A stretch of DNA of 56,125 bases, filler included, from Stramenopiles sp. TOSAG23-6 (Eukaryota), in the NCBI GenBank assembly GCA_900128565.1. It is 2 parts of 2 records of this genome, joined end to end, with 100 filler letters (N's around TTAATTAATTAA, not from the genome) between each part and the next. Parts side by side here need not be neighbours in the genome. Positions count along the whole stretch, not along the records: positions 1 to 28,350 come from LT635978.1; 1 more part is not named here. One strand, written 5' to 3'. Shown here piece after piece: positions 1 through 11,000 of the stretch. The stretch's first letter is position 1. Every line of letters starts with the position of its first letter. The notes under the pieces are model-generated. The model did no database searches. It saw nothing but the letters and a program-made list of their open reading frames with translations, and had not been told where the DNA came from. A program made the translations under genes and the position numbers.

Positions 1-56
1 TTAGGTACGGAATTTCGTATGAAAAAAACAAAAAAAAATTCATCACGAAATTGTAC
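1..56 (-). other. Partial repeat-family intron (donor GT at 56; truncated by window edge)
   Basis: Minus strand reads GAT|GTAC...TTTTCATACGAAATTCCGTACCTAA, matching the family core. Confidence 0.7.
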
Positions 57-3000
57 ATCATATATTTTCAGAGCCTCATTTAGAATTGTTCTTTTGAGAT
101 CTATATCGCCATTGCAATGATGATCAGTAAGTAAAAGATCAGGATCTATTCTAATATCATTTGATGACCAATTTGGAAACGACATTACCAAAAATAATTT
201 GCGTTTATCTAAAACTTGTTGAGCGATACTTTGAGATGCACGAACAGGTTTATTCCTGAGCTTTTCTTTCCCATTGACGAGTTCGCCTTGTTGCTTCATA
301 TAGCGAGGTCGATATTTGATAAATTCATCAATATCTGAAATTTCTTTCTCTAATCGTTCAATGCTTTTTCGAGTCCCATGTTTTGGTGCATCTAACGCTT
401 CACAGTAAATTTGCACGGCTTGTTGTAAATATTTGGATATTGTAGATTGGTTTTCATTTGCACTACAACGCAAATCACTCAGCGCTTCGGCCAAATTAGA
501 GGCTCTCCCAAAAATACAATCACATTTAACAATATCACATAGATAGTCTACACAGTCACTCACCCAAGTATCATCAAAAGTAATATGTTGCTTTCTCTCT
601 TTTGTACCACTACAAGACTGTATAAACAAACCTTTTATACGGTTAATTATACTATTATCCACACTATTTTGAACTGGAGTTGTTCCATTATAATCCAAAG
701 GAGGGCGAGTGTTTATTATACGTGTTAACTTTTCATTGCCACAAACCCAAAAGAGATCTCCATCATAATCACCACCAGACATTTTATGCGCCTCGGAATA
801 TTCACCACGGACTGAAAAAACTAAACGTCCTACTCTATCTTTTGAACAGATTTCCTTGAGTTCATCGGGTACTACAGCTTTTAACTTACGTATATCGCCA
901 GGCCACATACAAGGATTCCGAGTGATCAAAACATCACCTTCTAAGTAACATCCTTCGCCATCACAAATAAAGACTTCTCCTGGTTGAAGGACTTGTTCTA
1001 TTGTTGGATCAGTGACACCGATAAAGTAGTAACTTTTAGGTATCTTGATTTTTAGACGACTAATTTGATCAATTAATGGAAGAATAATCAATTTCTTCCA
1101 TATGTATCACAAAAAAATATTTCGAAAATTTCAGTTTTTTTGTTAGGTACAACATTTCATACGAAAAAAAAAATAAATTCAAAATTAAAATGATGAAAAC
1201 GTACTGTAATTGTAGAAATGGATCGGAAAGTGATTGACCTGCCTGTATCATATCATTTAAAAGTGTAGGAGAACGACTAGAGATTGGATCAATTGTATCG
1301 CCTACATGATATTGACGAAATGCAAATCTCAGCATTTCTTGACGAAAATTTGGATTATTCAAAGAATTTGAACATAGAGATGAGTTTGATCTTTGTTGTT
1401 CTGACTCATTGTTGTATGATTCTTTACTCGGTATCATCGAACGAATGATTTCCATTTCTTTTTCATACAAGTCTAGTAAAAACGCAACAGCATTCGATCC
1501 TCCCAAAGCACAAAGCTGTAATGCAAATTGCTGGTTAAGTTTTGCTGGAGTTCCTCTATATGTACGAGATGAAGTGATAACTTCCACTTGACCTTTAGTT
1601 TCTGGATTTTGAAAGCGATGAGATGGGCTGCATTTAATCATGGATTTACGAAGTACGATTACTGTATTCTTGATAACATTGTCAGATGCAGAATGTTTAC
1701 GAAGAATTTGACGCAAATACTCGCGAGATACAACTTGAAGGGTTCCCTTTGCCAATCCTTTGTCGGAATGAATTCTCACCTGAAATACCGCAGGCTGTCT
1801 TTCCATATTAATACATGTAGGAGTGGGTGAAGATTCGGAACCTTTGAAAACATTTGTCGGAAATAAAAATGCGAAATCTTCAGCAACAAAACCAGTTCCA
1901 TCTGTCATGTTTACATGATGATGATACACATCATCCATAACATAAACATCGCCATTTTGTAATGATGGGCCGCGGGCTGTCTTTGAAAAACCCAGTTGTA
2001 GTCTTGCATTAAATTTAGCTATAGACAGAGAAGCCACGTCACCAATCCAACCTCGAACATCATCCACTGTTACATTACAAGTATTATATGCAAGGAATTC
2101 TGCAAATAATATCGCTTCTAATCCTGTTTTATTTCGATTTGTAACTTTGCGTACAAATAACAAAGAATATCTTACATTATATAAAGCTCTTTTCATATCT
2201 TTGCAAGTCACGCAAAATAATTCATTATCAATGTCAGAAAGAGACAATTTTAATTGTGATATGAATATATCCTTACATTTAGACTGGCGTGGGATATCTA
2301 TAGCAATATGAAGAAATCTTGATTTGCCAAATTCTCTTTCGAGTACACCCATTCCATTATCGTCTGCACACATGTATTGTGAAAAAATATTTCAAAAAAA
2401 ACGAAAAAAAATAAATTCGAAATTCAAAAAAAAATAAAACATACACTCCAAATGAAACATCAAATAAACCTTTTTTGTGACCTTTCACGAAAACAAACTC
2501 TCCATTTTGTGGTAAATTTTCAAAAACGATTTTCTCATTGGTACATTCAGTGTATTCATATTCATCAGCGTATTCTCCAGATATTTTACTATTTGCACTA
2601 CTATAATCATCATAATTTTCATCAATATCATCGCCATCAGTAGTATTACTTTCAGAACAAAAATCATCATAATTTTCATCACCATCAGTAGTATTACTTT
2701 CAGAACGAAACTCCAAACTTTTCTGATGGTCCTTATACCGTAAACAATTGTCACAATTATTGCAGCGCTCATAAGTATTTCCATTTTCTCCATTGAAATA
2801 CCTCCGAAAAGCAACTTGGCGACACGTAATTTTGTCACAACAATATGCATGACACTTTTCGATTTCAATGCGTCGTCTCTGTTTTACTATTTCAGTGATT
2901 TTGTTTGAAAATCCTGTCGTAATAGATCGCAATAGATTTTGCTGATCTCGATGAAACAGAACAAGGCATTGGGCAGGTTTCCTATCACGACCTGCACGGC

Positions 3001-4244
3001 CAGCTTGTTGATATAAATGTAATAATGACTTTGGCAAAGCAGCATGAAGCACCCAACGCACATTCTGATTATTAACACCCATACCAAATGCTTCAGTTGC
3101 ACACATTATAATTGGCCATTTACCAGGGTTGGAACAACCCTCAGACCACTTTTTATGTAAGTAAGTCTTGTCCCTTGATGTTCTAATACCACCATGATAG
3201 TAAGTTGCAATGCCTTCGCCAAATTTCAAATTAATATGACGACAAAGTGATTCACATTCTTTCTTGGTAATTGTATAAACAATACCTGGCTTTCCATTAT
3301 TCTTTTTTATGAAGTTTATGACACGAGATAATGTATTTGGGTGTGAATGTATTTTCGAAAAATATTTCAAAAAAAAATTGTTAGGTACAAAATTTCGTAC
3401 GAACAAAAATGGAATTTGAAAAAAAATAAAACATACATGGCCTTGGTTCCTACTATTCCATTCACTCAATTCTTCACAAGCAAAAAAAAGATTTTGTCTG
3501 CCACCAATGTTTTCTCTTATCATCGTGTAGGTGTTAAAATCATCACTACCAAATAAATCATTCGCAATAGTTTTCTGAACAAAAATAGTAGCTGTCGCAG
3601 TCAAAGCAAGCAAACTAATCGATGGAAACATTCTAAGCCACTTATGTAAGTCTTTATAGTTTGGTGATAAATCCTCACCCCAAGTTGAAATACAATGTGC
3701 TTCATCTACAACAACCCGTGAAAGCTTGCCTCTATCATACAATTTTTGAAGGATACATTGGCCTAAAAACAATTGAGATTTTTCACAAACAAAAGACTGA
3801 ACAGTAACGTATAAAAGTCGACAAGTTCCGTTTAATACATCTAATTTGGTCTGTTCATATTCCTTTGAAGAAATATCTGAACGTAGGCACCGTGCATTGA
3901 ACAGTTTCTTCAGCTTCTCTGGCATTTTGTTTATTTGTAACATTTGATCATAAATCAATGATAGAGTGGGTACAATAACAACAGTAAGGCCATCATTCTG
4001 TTTGAAAATGGATTCATATTGTATTTCTACGACGTATTGTTGATTTAATTGCTTCTAGCTGTAGCGCCCGAAAACTCTTAAAAGAAAACAAATTAAAGAG
4101 TAAAGTTGACAGTTTTTCATCCAGTGAGATTCTGTCTCCAGTTTTCCTTCCTCTTCCTTTGCTTTTGGCTGCCTTTATTTGGCGAGTCTTTTGTCTCTTG
4201 CGGGCCTCATTTCGAGCAATCTCAAGTTTTGATAGTGCAGTCAT
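57..4244 (-). CDS. RecQ-family helicase fused to eukaryotic RNA-dependent RNA polymerase (RDR/QDE-1 family); multi-exon, C-terminus runs off the window
   Basis: Exons ~4244-3437, 3346-2445, 2371-1205, 1101-57. RecQ motifs: FRALQLEAI, VIVPTLSLIYDQ, VVDEAHCISTWG, FGMGVN, QQAGRAGRD, CR...CNNCDNC Zn site. RdRP motifs: TDGTG, QVR..KG and, in my manual translation of 1101-57, GVTDP, LQPGEVF, TRNPCMWPGD, SGGDYDGDLFWV (DYDGD at 770-756), ALDAPKHG. Frameshift and missing Walker A near 4014-4030. Confidence 0.8.
1102..1204 (-). other. Non-canonical GT-AT intron (103 bp)
   Basis: GTACGTTTT...TCGTATGAAATGTTGTACCTAAC...GATACAT. Removal gives FLQLQ-WKKLIILPLIDQISRLKIKIPKSYYFIGVTDP, in frame with the RdRP catalytic exon; the next AG is out of frame. 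Confidence 0.85.
2372..2444 (-). other. Non-canonical GT-AT intron (73 bp, lacks the TACCTAAC core); joins RecQ and RdRP parts
   Basis: GTATGTTTT...GAAATATTTTTTCACAATACAT. Removal gives FDVSFGV-CADDNG in frame. Confidence 0.7.
3347..3436 (-). other. Non-canonical GT-AT intron (90 bp, in-frame, stop-free)
   Basis: Full family consensus; translated in the ORF track as VCFIFFQ...VRNFVPNN...SKIH inside RecQ. Confidence 0.8.
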
Positions 4245-4662
4245 TACTTAATTGATTGCAATCACTTGAATTGTTGTCTTGTTTCGTTTTTTATAAAAGA
4301 AAAATGTAAAAGTGACCTTTCTTTGACGTTTCTCACTTCAATTAAAAGTGAAAACTACTTTATCAACTTGCTATTTCAATGAAGAAAATAATGAGTCGCT
4401 ACTCTAAATGTGAAATATATAATAATTCAGTTATGAATTGAAAAATGACAAGAATTTCCACCACAGGCAGTCTTCTTGAATAAATAGGATAGCAAATTTT
4501 ACATTTTACATTTTTTGATTTGAGATTTAAAATTTCGATTTTCATCGGAGATTTTTCCTGAAAATAGAAACTGTCAAGAGACTCAGAGTCACGTATATAT
4601 CAAAAGTAGCAGAAGAAACAACTTCACATCATATGTTTTTCTTCTCATGATTACATAAAATA

Positions 4663-6751
4663 ATGTCGCGGAATGTGTTAGATAAATGGAGATTAGGTGG
4701 TCGTCCAACAGGAGTGAAGCCTTACGTCTACTGTTTTCGAACTAAAAGCTTGAACAGTTATAAGCACGGTGAGTATTGTTGGGATAAACATGGTCAGGGA
4801 GTTGTATCAGCAATTGATCAGAGAAACAGTATAGTTGGAGTTTCGAATTATGCTGCCTTAAATTCCGGTCATTTTGAATTACGAAAGAGTGATGATGCTT
4901 CAAAATACCACATTAAGCAACATCTTCAAGATGGTACAGTTGTGCGCTGTGTGGACACTATTAACAATGTTATAATTGTCCAGCGAAATCGAAACAAATC
5001 ACATAAAAATAGATATAACTTAGTAGAGGACGAGCAACAAAATGTAAAAATAGAAAGAAATCGAAACAAATCACATAAAAATAGATATAACTTACTAGAG
5101 GAACAAAATGTAAAGGTAGAAAAAAGTACTGTAGAAATTGCTCCAAAACGAAGAAGGAGAAGGAAGAAGAAAAAGAAACACGATCCTGGAGGTCTAAAAG
5201 CGTTGAAAAAAGAAATGAAACAAATGATGGGAATATCATCTGTAAAACCGAAAAAAGATAATTCTATATTTGAATCTCAAAAGGAAACAACACAGCAACT
5301 ACATCTAAATTCACAAGAAAAAAAGATTATTCGTGTTTTGAACACAGTATCTATATTTGAAGGTATGCTATTAGAAACGTTAGCTGAGATGGCCCGAGAA
5401 ATGGAAGAAATGACATTCCAAGATGGTTACTCTATCATCAAACAAGGTGCAGAAAATGATAATGAATTTTATGTTTTGATAAAAGGTTCCGCTAATGTAT
5501 TAATTAAACGTGTTGCTGTTGCTGCACTGAAAGCACCAACGTTCTTTGGTGAACTGGCGCTCTTAAATGATGCTCCAAGAAATGCCACAATAAAATCTCG
5601 TGGAACAACTACATGCCTAATCCTTCGCCGTGCTGCGTTTAACCGATTTGTTAAAGAAAATACGAAACGTTGTACGTTTTTATCATGAATTTTAATTTTA
5701 TTTTTTTTCATACGCAATTTTGTACCTAACGAATTTCAGTTTTTTTTAATATTGTTTCACAATATATGCATGGAAAATGCAAATATGGAAAGAGAAGAAA
5801 AAGTTTTTCATGCTGCAAATGCTAATCTTATTACAGCCACAGAATATCTTGATGAATACGACACAAATACACGAAATACACGAGACGCTGGGATATTGAA
5901 AGTGAAAGATGCAATTAGTATTTTACGGAATGCTATAAAAATGACCTCTGAAAATAGAGTAAGGGGCAATCCTTTGCAATTATTCCACATATATATGTAT
6001 GTTTTATTTTTTTTCAAATTCGAATTATTTTTCGTACGAAATTTCGTACCTAACGAATTTTTTTTGAAATATTTTTCCAAAATACATACAACTTGGTAGA
6101 GGTCATCTTAATTTAGAAAATGAAGATGAAGCTCAAAGAGCTTTGATGGAAGCCACTCGAATTATGAAAATAAATGATCTTGATCATAAAAATCCTCGAA
6201 ATGAAATTTTATTAAGAGAGGTATTCGGAAATGCTTTAGGGTGGTTTGGTCATATCAGAGCAGCGAATATTCATTTTATAAAGGGAAAACGATTGGCAAA
6301 GGAGATTGGAGATCGACAACAGGAGCTTCAATTTGATATGTTTTACAAAGAAATCCTTTTAAGAAATGGACGATTTGATGAAGCTATGGAACTAACAGTG
6401 CTATTAAGAAAAGAAAAGTTTATTGGAAGAAAACAGAGAACTTTAAAAAAAGAAAAAGAAAAACCACCAGATTATCTACGAAAGAGTACACATAATACAT
6501 ACCATCTTTTCTCGGATGATGCTTTACGATGGATAGTACACAAAAGAGTGTATCCTAACCCTGATTCTACTTCATCTATTGCAAAGATTGGAACCATGAA
6601 TAGATCGGAATTACTAAATTTAATTATTGCATTTGACGATAGCGTAACATTCCATGAAGCAATGACATTAAAATGGCAACACCATATGCGTAGTATGAAT
6701 AGTGATAGTCTCGTAGCTCCACCTTTTTGCAAACGATTTCCCAAGATTTAA
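4663..6751 (+). CDS. Cyclic-nucleotide-binding (cNMP) domain protein with helical/TPR-like C-terminal region; 3 exons (4663-5671, 5768-5996, 6088-6751)
   Basis: IIKQG..FYVLIKG..FFGELALLNDAPRNATI cNMP motif; three ORFs join in frame after removing two family introns. Confidence 0.75.
5672..5767 (+). other. Non-canonical GT-AT intron (96 bp)
   Basis: GTACGTTTT...TGTACCTAAC...CACAATATAT. Removal gives TKR-C-MENAN; the internal CAG at 5737-5739 is out of frame. Confidence 0.8.
5997..6087 (+). other. Family intron, GT-AT (91 bp); an in-frame AG alternative exists at 6099
   Basis: Near-perfect consensus copy; removal gives FHIY-I-QLGRGH. Confidence 0.75.
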
Positions 6752-6887
6752 TCATCGGGATTATACTGATTCAATAGGTTGGTACACTCTATGATAATCA
6801 TATCTAGTAAAACCTAACCCTAAGGTAGCTAATAGGTAAACTAAAGTTTATTATAAGAAAAAAACAAATGGATCTTCTTTTAATATT

Positions 6888-7757
6888 TTAACTTTTTTTT
6901 TTCTTTCTTTTTTTCGCTGCTAGTCGCTTTTCCAATTTTTTTCTTTGAGCAGCCTGAGCACTGTCATATTCGGTTGCCCTAAGATTAGTCTCTCGTGCAT
7001 GTTCTTCATGGATTTTCTTCTGAAACTGGAGTGTCTCTGATGCCGAAGGAGCACCCTGCATATCTTCTTCAATATCGTTTAATCTCTCTTGTAATCTTTC
7101 CGAGCGTTTGCGTTGTTCTTGCATTTCCTGGCGAAGCTGGTTGTTTTGGTTTTGTGCATCCTGAAATGCACGGCGTTCGGCCTCGAACTTTGCGCGTTCC
7201 TCGTCTAGCGCAGCTTTTTCTGAAGATACTGTCGCTGTTTTTGCAGATTCCGCCATAACCATTCGAAGTCTATTATAAAGAGGTACAAACTCTTCAAATG
7301 ATAGTACGCCATCTCTGTTATAATCTGCTGCCATGAATTGCTGGTTTGTAAAAACTTTAGGAAACTGCAGATCCTTTAGTAGTAGTGAAAGTTCTGCGCG
7401 GTCAATCAGCATGTCACCAGAAGTGTCATATGTAGCAAATATCTCTCTTATTTGATCTTCTCTCTCATGCAAAGAGTGCATCTGGTCATGCTCAATGTTT
7501 CCATTTGTACCAATTGCATTGGCATTATTTGCTCTCATGCGAGCACCACAAGAAGGACACCCAAATTCTACTACGCCGGGAGGTACTCCAAGTATTGTTT
7601 TGCAGCTGATACATGTACAAAGCGACTGCTGCAATTGGTGTGAGGGTTTGTTTTCTGGCGGTAAGGCCATTACAGTACCACATTTAGGGCAGCCAAATCT
7701 ATTGTGGCCAGGAGGCACCATAATTCTCGTACCGCATGTTGGGCATCCAACCTGCAT
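6888..7757 (-). CDS. Zinc-ribbon (CxxC x2, LSD1-like) + EF-hand pair + coiled-coil protein
   Basis: CPTC..CPKC, CISC..CPSC; DTSGDMLIDRAE and DYNRDGVLSFEE EF-hand loops; charged helical tail. Confidence 0.8.
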   Translation of the reverse strand: MQVGCPTCGTRIMVPPGHNRFGCPKCGTVMALPPENKPSHQLQQSLCTCISCKTILGVPPGVVEFGCPSCGARMRANNANAIGTNGNIEHDQMHSLHEREDQIREIFATYDTSGDMLIDRAELSLLLKDLQFPKVFTNQQFMAADYNRDGVLSFEEFVPLYNRLRMVMAESAKTATVSSEKAALDEERAKFEAERRAFQDAQNQNNQLRQEMQEQRKRSERLQERLNDIEEDMQGAPSASETLQFQKKIHEEHARETNLRATEYDSAQAAQRKKLEKRLAAKKRKKKKS

Positions 7758-8076
7758 TTATGTATCTATTGGGTGCTCTACGTACCTTGGAAGGAATTCA
7801 GTCCAACTAAAACTGTAAAATAATGGATATGTCAATAGATATGATATCATAGTACGGGTCAAGTCAAAAAGTGTAACTGCCGTGTAGGTAGCTTGAGGAC
7901 TTTGATCCTTGAAAAAGCTCTACAAGTCTTATTAAACCAGCCCGTCAATCATTCTTGATTTGTTGCATGTATACATATGGGAACATCAATTTAGATGTAT
8001 GGTCTAGCAGGCTACTATAATACTATGATTGCACTTTATATACCTTATACCTTGAGAAAAGTTTAGTTTCAGTATA

Positions 8077-11000
8077 ATGGAAATGACACCTGAAGATGAT
8101 GAGAAGAAAGGAGTTCTTGAAGTATCTTCTATACCTGGTCCGAAATCGCGAATGGAGGAAAATACAGAATATATAGATGTATCATCAACAGAAATTACAT
8201 CAGTAATGAACAACGAAATGCACATATCTGTAGATGGGAGTAAAGTATCTGTATCTAACCATCCTACTTCGAAGCCGGCTGGTAAGAGAAATGTAGGAAA
8301 ACATAACAATAACAGTAATAATTATAGCTCAAAATATACAGAAATACGACCAGTGACAATGACACCAGACGCAAATGACCTGATTATACCAAAGAATACA
8401 ATAAATATGTATGATGATGAAATGCAGTTGACTAAAATTCAAGACAATGAAGAAAAAGGCGACGAACATAAACTAGATATATTTGCCATACCGAAGAAAA
8501 AAAAGGGTAAAAGCCTTCACAAGACAGTTGGTGGTAGATATCGCGCAATAAGTTCTGTCCATTATTTACACTGCCTTTCATCGAGTCCTTCGACACAAGC
8601 ATTACGTCCAGATCAAATTAGTATTAAAAGAAAGACTACTATATTCCCTAGAATTGAGGTAAAACTAGGACATTCAACCGCTTTACTAAATGAATTGCTA
8701 AATTTATCGGATACAAAAAACAGCCACAATAGAAAAACTCGTACAAGAAAGAAAAAGAATCAAAGTAAGAAAACAAATAGAGTTACAAAATCTACTTCTT
8801 ATGGTAGTGGGACAAAACGAACAATGAAAATATCGGATTATCCTGACTTTCCAAGAAGACTTATGTATCAGGATTCTGCTGAACTTTATCCCCAGCTCAG
8901 CCTTGATCTAACAGATTGGGGCTGTGGCGATGACGTTTTATATTTAGTTTCTCGAGCTGGTAAAAGACGTATCAAGAAAGGAGGGGTTATTCTCCCACAA
9001 TTATCAGATTTAGAAGGACATAATACTATTTTAACTTCGTTGGTCATTAATGGCAGTGGAGCCTGTCGAAATTCTAACAAAACTACAAATGTGGGAATAT
9101 CCCATCTGAATGCATGTCAAGCATTACAGAAAATTACACTATCAAATCTTCCCTATATTACTGAAAAAGCTTTCTTTCATATTAGAGCAACACATGCTTT
9201 CCTTACTGAAGTAATACTCGATAACTGTCAAAGTGTCGGTGATAAAGCAATTATCCATTTAATGACTGGGTGTAGGCGCTTAAACAAATTAGAATTAAGA
9301 AACCTAGGGGGTATTACTGATGAAGGCCTTGCTGCAATTGCAATTCGTCCTCCTCCCCCAGATATAGAGGTTGTTAGTGGTGGCGATGATGTTAACATGA
9401 AACATTCAAAACCCACAGACGACTATTTTAAAAAACCGGTATTTCATGCAATTACAGAACTTGTCATTGCAAACTGCCCTAGTGTTAGTGATAAAGGAAT
9501 TTCAGATATGTTTGCTGGATCTTCGCTGAAACATCTAAAAGTTCTAAAATTAATAAAGTTGACAAAACTAACTGATCTATGTCTAATGGGGCTAATTCGA
9601 GGTGAAAGTGCCTGTCAAACAATTGTGGCTTTAAAAGCGTTAACTATATCATGTGTGCCCATCACGTCTTCAGGTTTAGCTTGGATTGCTACAGGCTGTC
9701 CGCAACTTACATACCTTGATATTTGTGGTAGTGATCGTGTTGATGATATTGGTATTTCAAAGCTCGGAGAACATTGTTTGCAATTGCAAACCTTGAATTT
9801 GAATGGATTGAAACTCATTAGTGATGATGGTATTCGAAATATGTTACGAAATGTTCACTGCCTTACATCGCTTGATATATCTGACATGCCACGTATTACG
9901 GATGAAGGTATACTCGCGGTTTCACGATACTGTCCTGATTTGAAAAAGATAAGTATTGTTGGTATTAATAAATTAACAGATTTGTCAATGTGTGCGCTTG
10001 GTGGTGGATGCACTGCACTCACTGATCTTAATATCTCTGGCCGTGGTCCCCAAGTTGCTCAAAATGTTGGTATACGAGCACTTTATGGATCTCCTAGACT
10101 GACTGATAATGCCATTATTGCACTCGCTATTGGTGCACGTTCGTTGAAAACATTGGATCTCTCTGGACTAGCCAGTTTGACCAATTCTACACTTTCAGCT
10201 ATTGCAAGGTATTGCAAGGATATATCAATTTTAATTCTTGCAGGTTGTACAGAAATCACAGACACAGGTATTATTGAAATCATTGAGTCGTGCTCTGCTT
10301 TACGAACTTTAAATTTATCTTACTGTGGTAAAATTACCGATGTCACATTGGCCGCGATAGGTCGAGGTTGTCGCTCTGAGACATATGAAAATGGTAAAAT
10401 GGAAGTTTCCTTCGAGCCAATATTATTGGAAAATTTGATTCTTAACTGTTGTGGTAAAATTACAGATATTGGGATGATAAGACTGGTAGGAGATAATAGT
10501 CCTTCAGTGCCAACCTCAAATCTAACGCGACTTGTGCCGCAAATATCTCACCCTCTTCAAAATGAAGAAGTGTCACGCGGGTGTCGAACACTTACAATGA
10601 TTAGCTTTAAAACATGCCCACTACTCACTGATTTTACTCTGTTAGTTATTGGCAGGTCTTTAATTGAATTAAAAACCCTTGACATAAGTTTCTGCGATTT
10701 CATGACATTGCAAGGTCTGCATTCGTTGTTCCCTTCTGGAAATGGAGTGTGCAAATATCTAAATTCCATTAAATTTTGGGGATGTTTTCACATAACCGCA
10801 AAAAAATACAGTGCACGTCTTGATACGGCTGCAGAAGAATGGGTGGCAATGGGTAGATTACACAAAGATCGTAAGAAAATTTGCCCACTCCCTAATCAAG
10901 CATCTCTAGAAAAACAAATATCATTTGAAAAGCTAGTTCAAAACGAACTTGCCGCAGCGAAAATTATCCAAAACGAATATGTAAAGTATAGAAGACGCAA

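Noticed and set aside
4984-5120. Duplicated RNRNKSHKNRYNL segment (also the SESNTTDGD duplicate near 2610-2705)
   Set aside because: Ordinary in-frame intragenic duplications in low-complexity linkers.
5997-6087. Classical U12-type (AT-AC) introns
   Set aside because: The RTATCCTT donor and TCCTTAAC branch box are absent, the branch-to-acceptor distance is long, and many copies cannot be slid to AT-AC.
5672-6099. Alternative genetic code or programmed frameshifting to explain broken ORFs
   Set aside because: Long intronless genes translate normally; breaks coincide with the repeat, and its removal fixes the frame.
6809-6823. Telomere-like AAACCTAACCCTAA
   Set aside because: Only about two units; could be chance.
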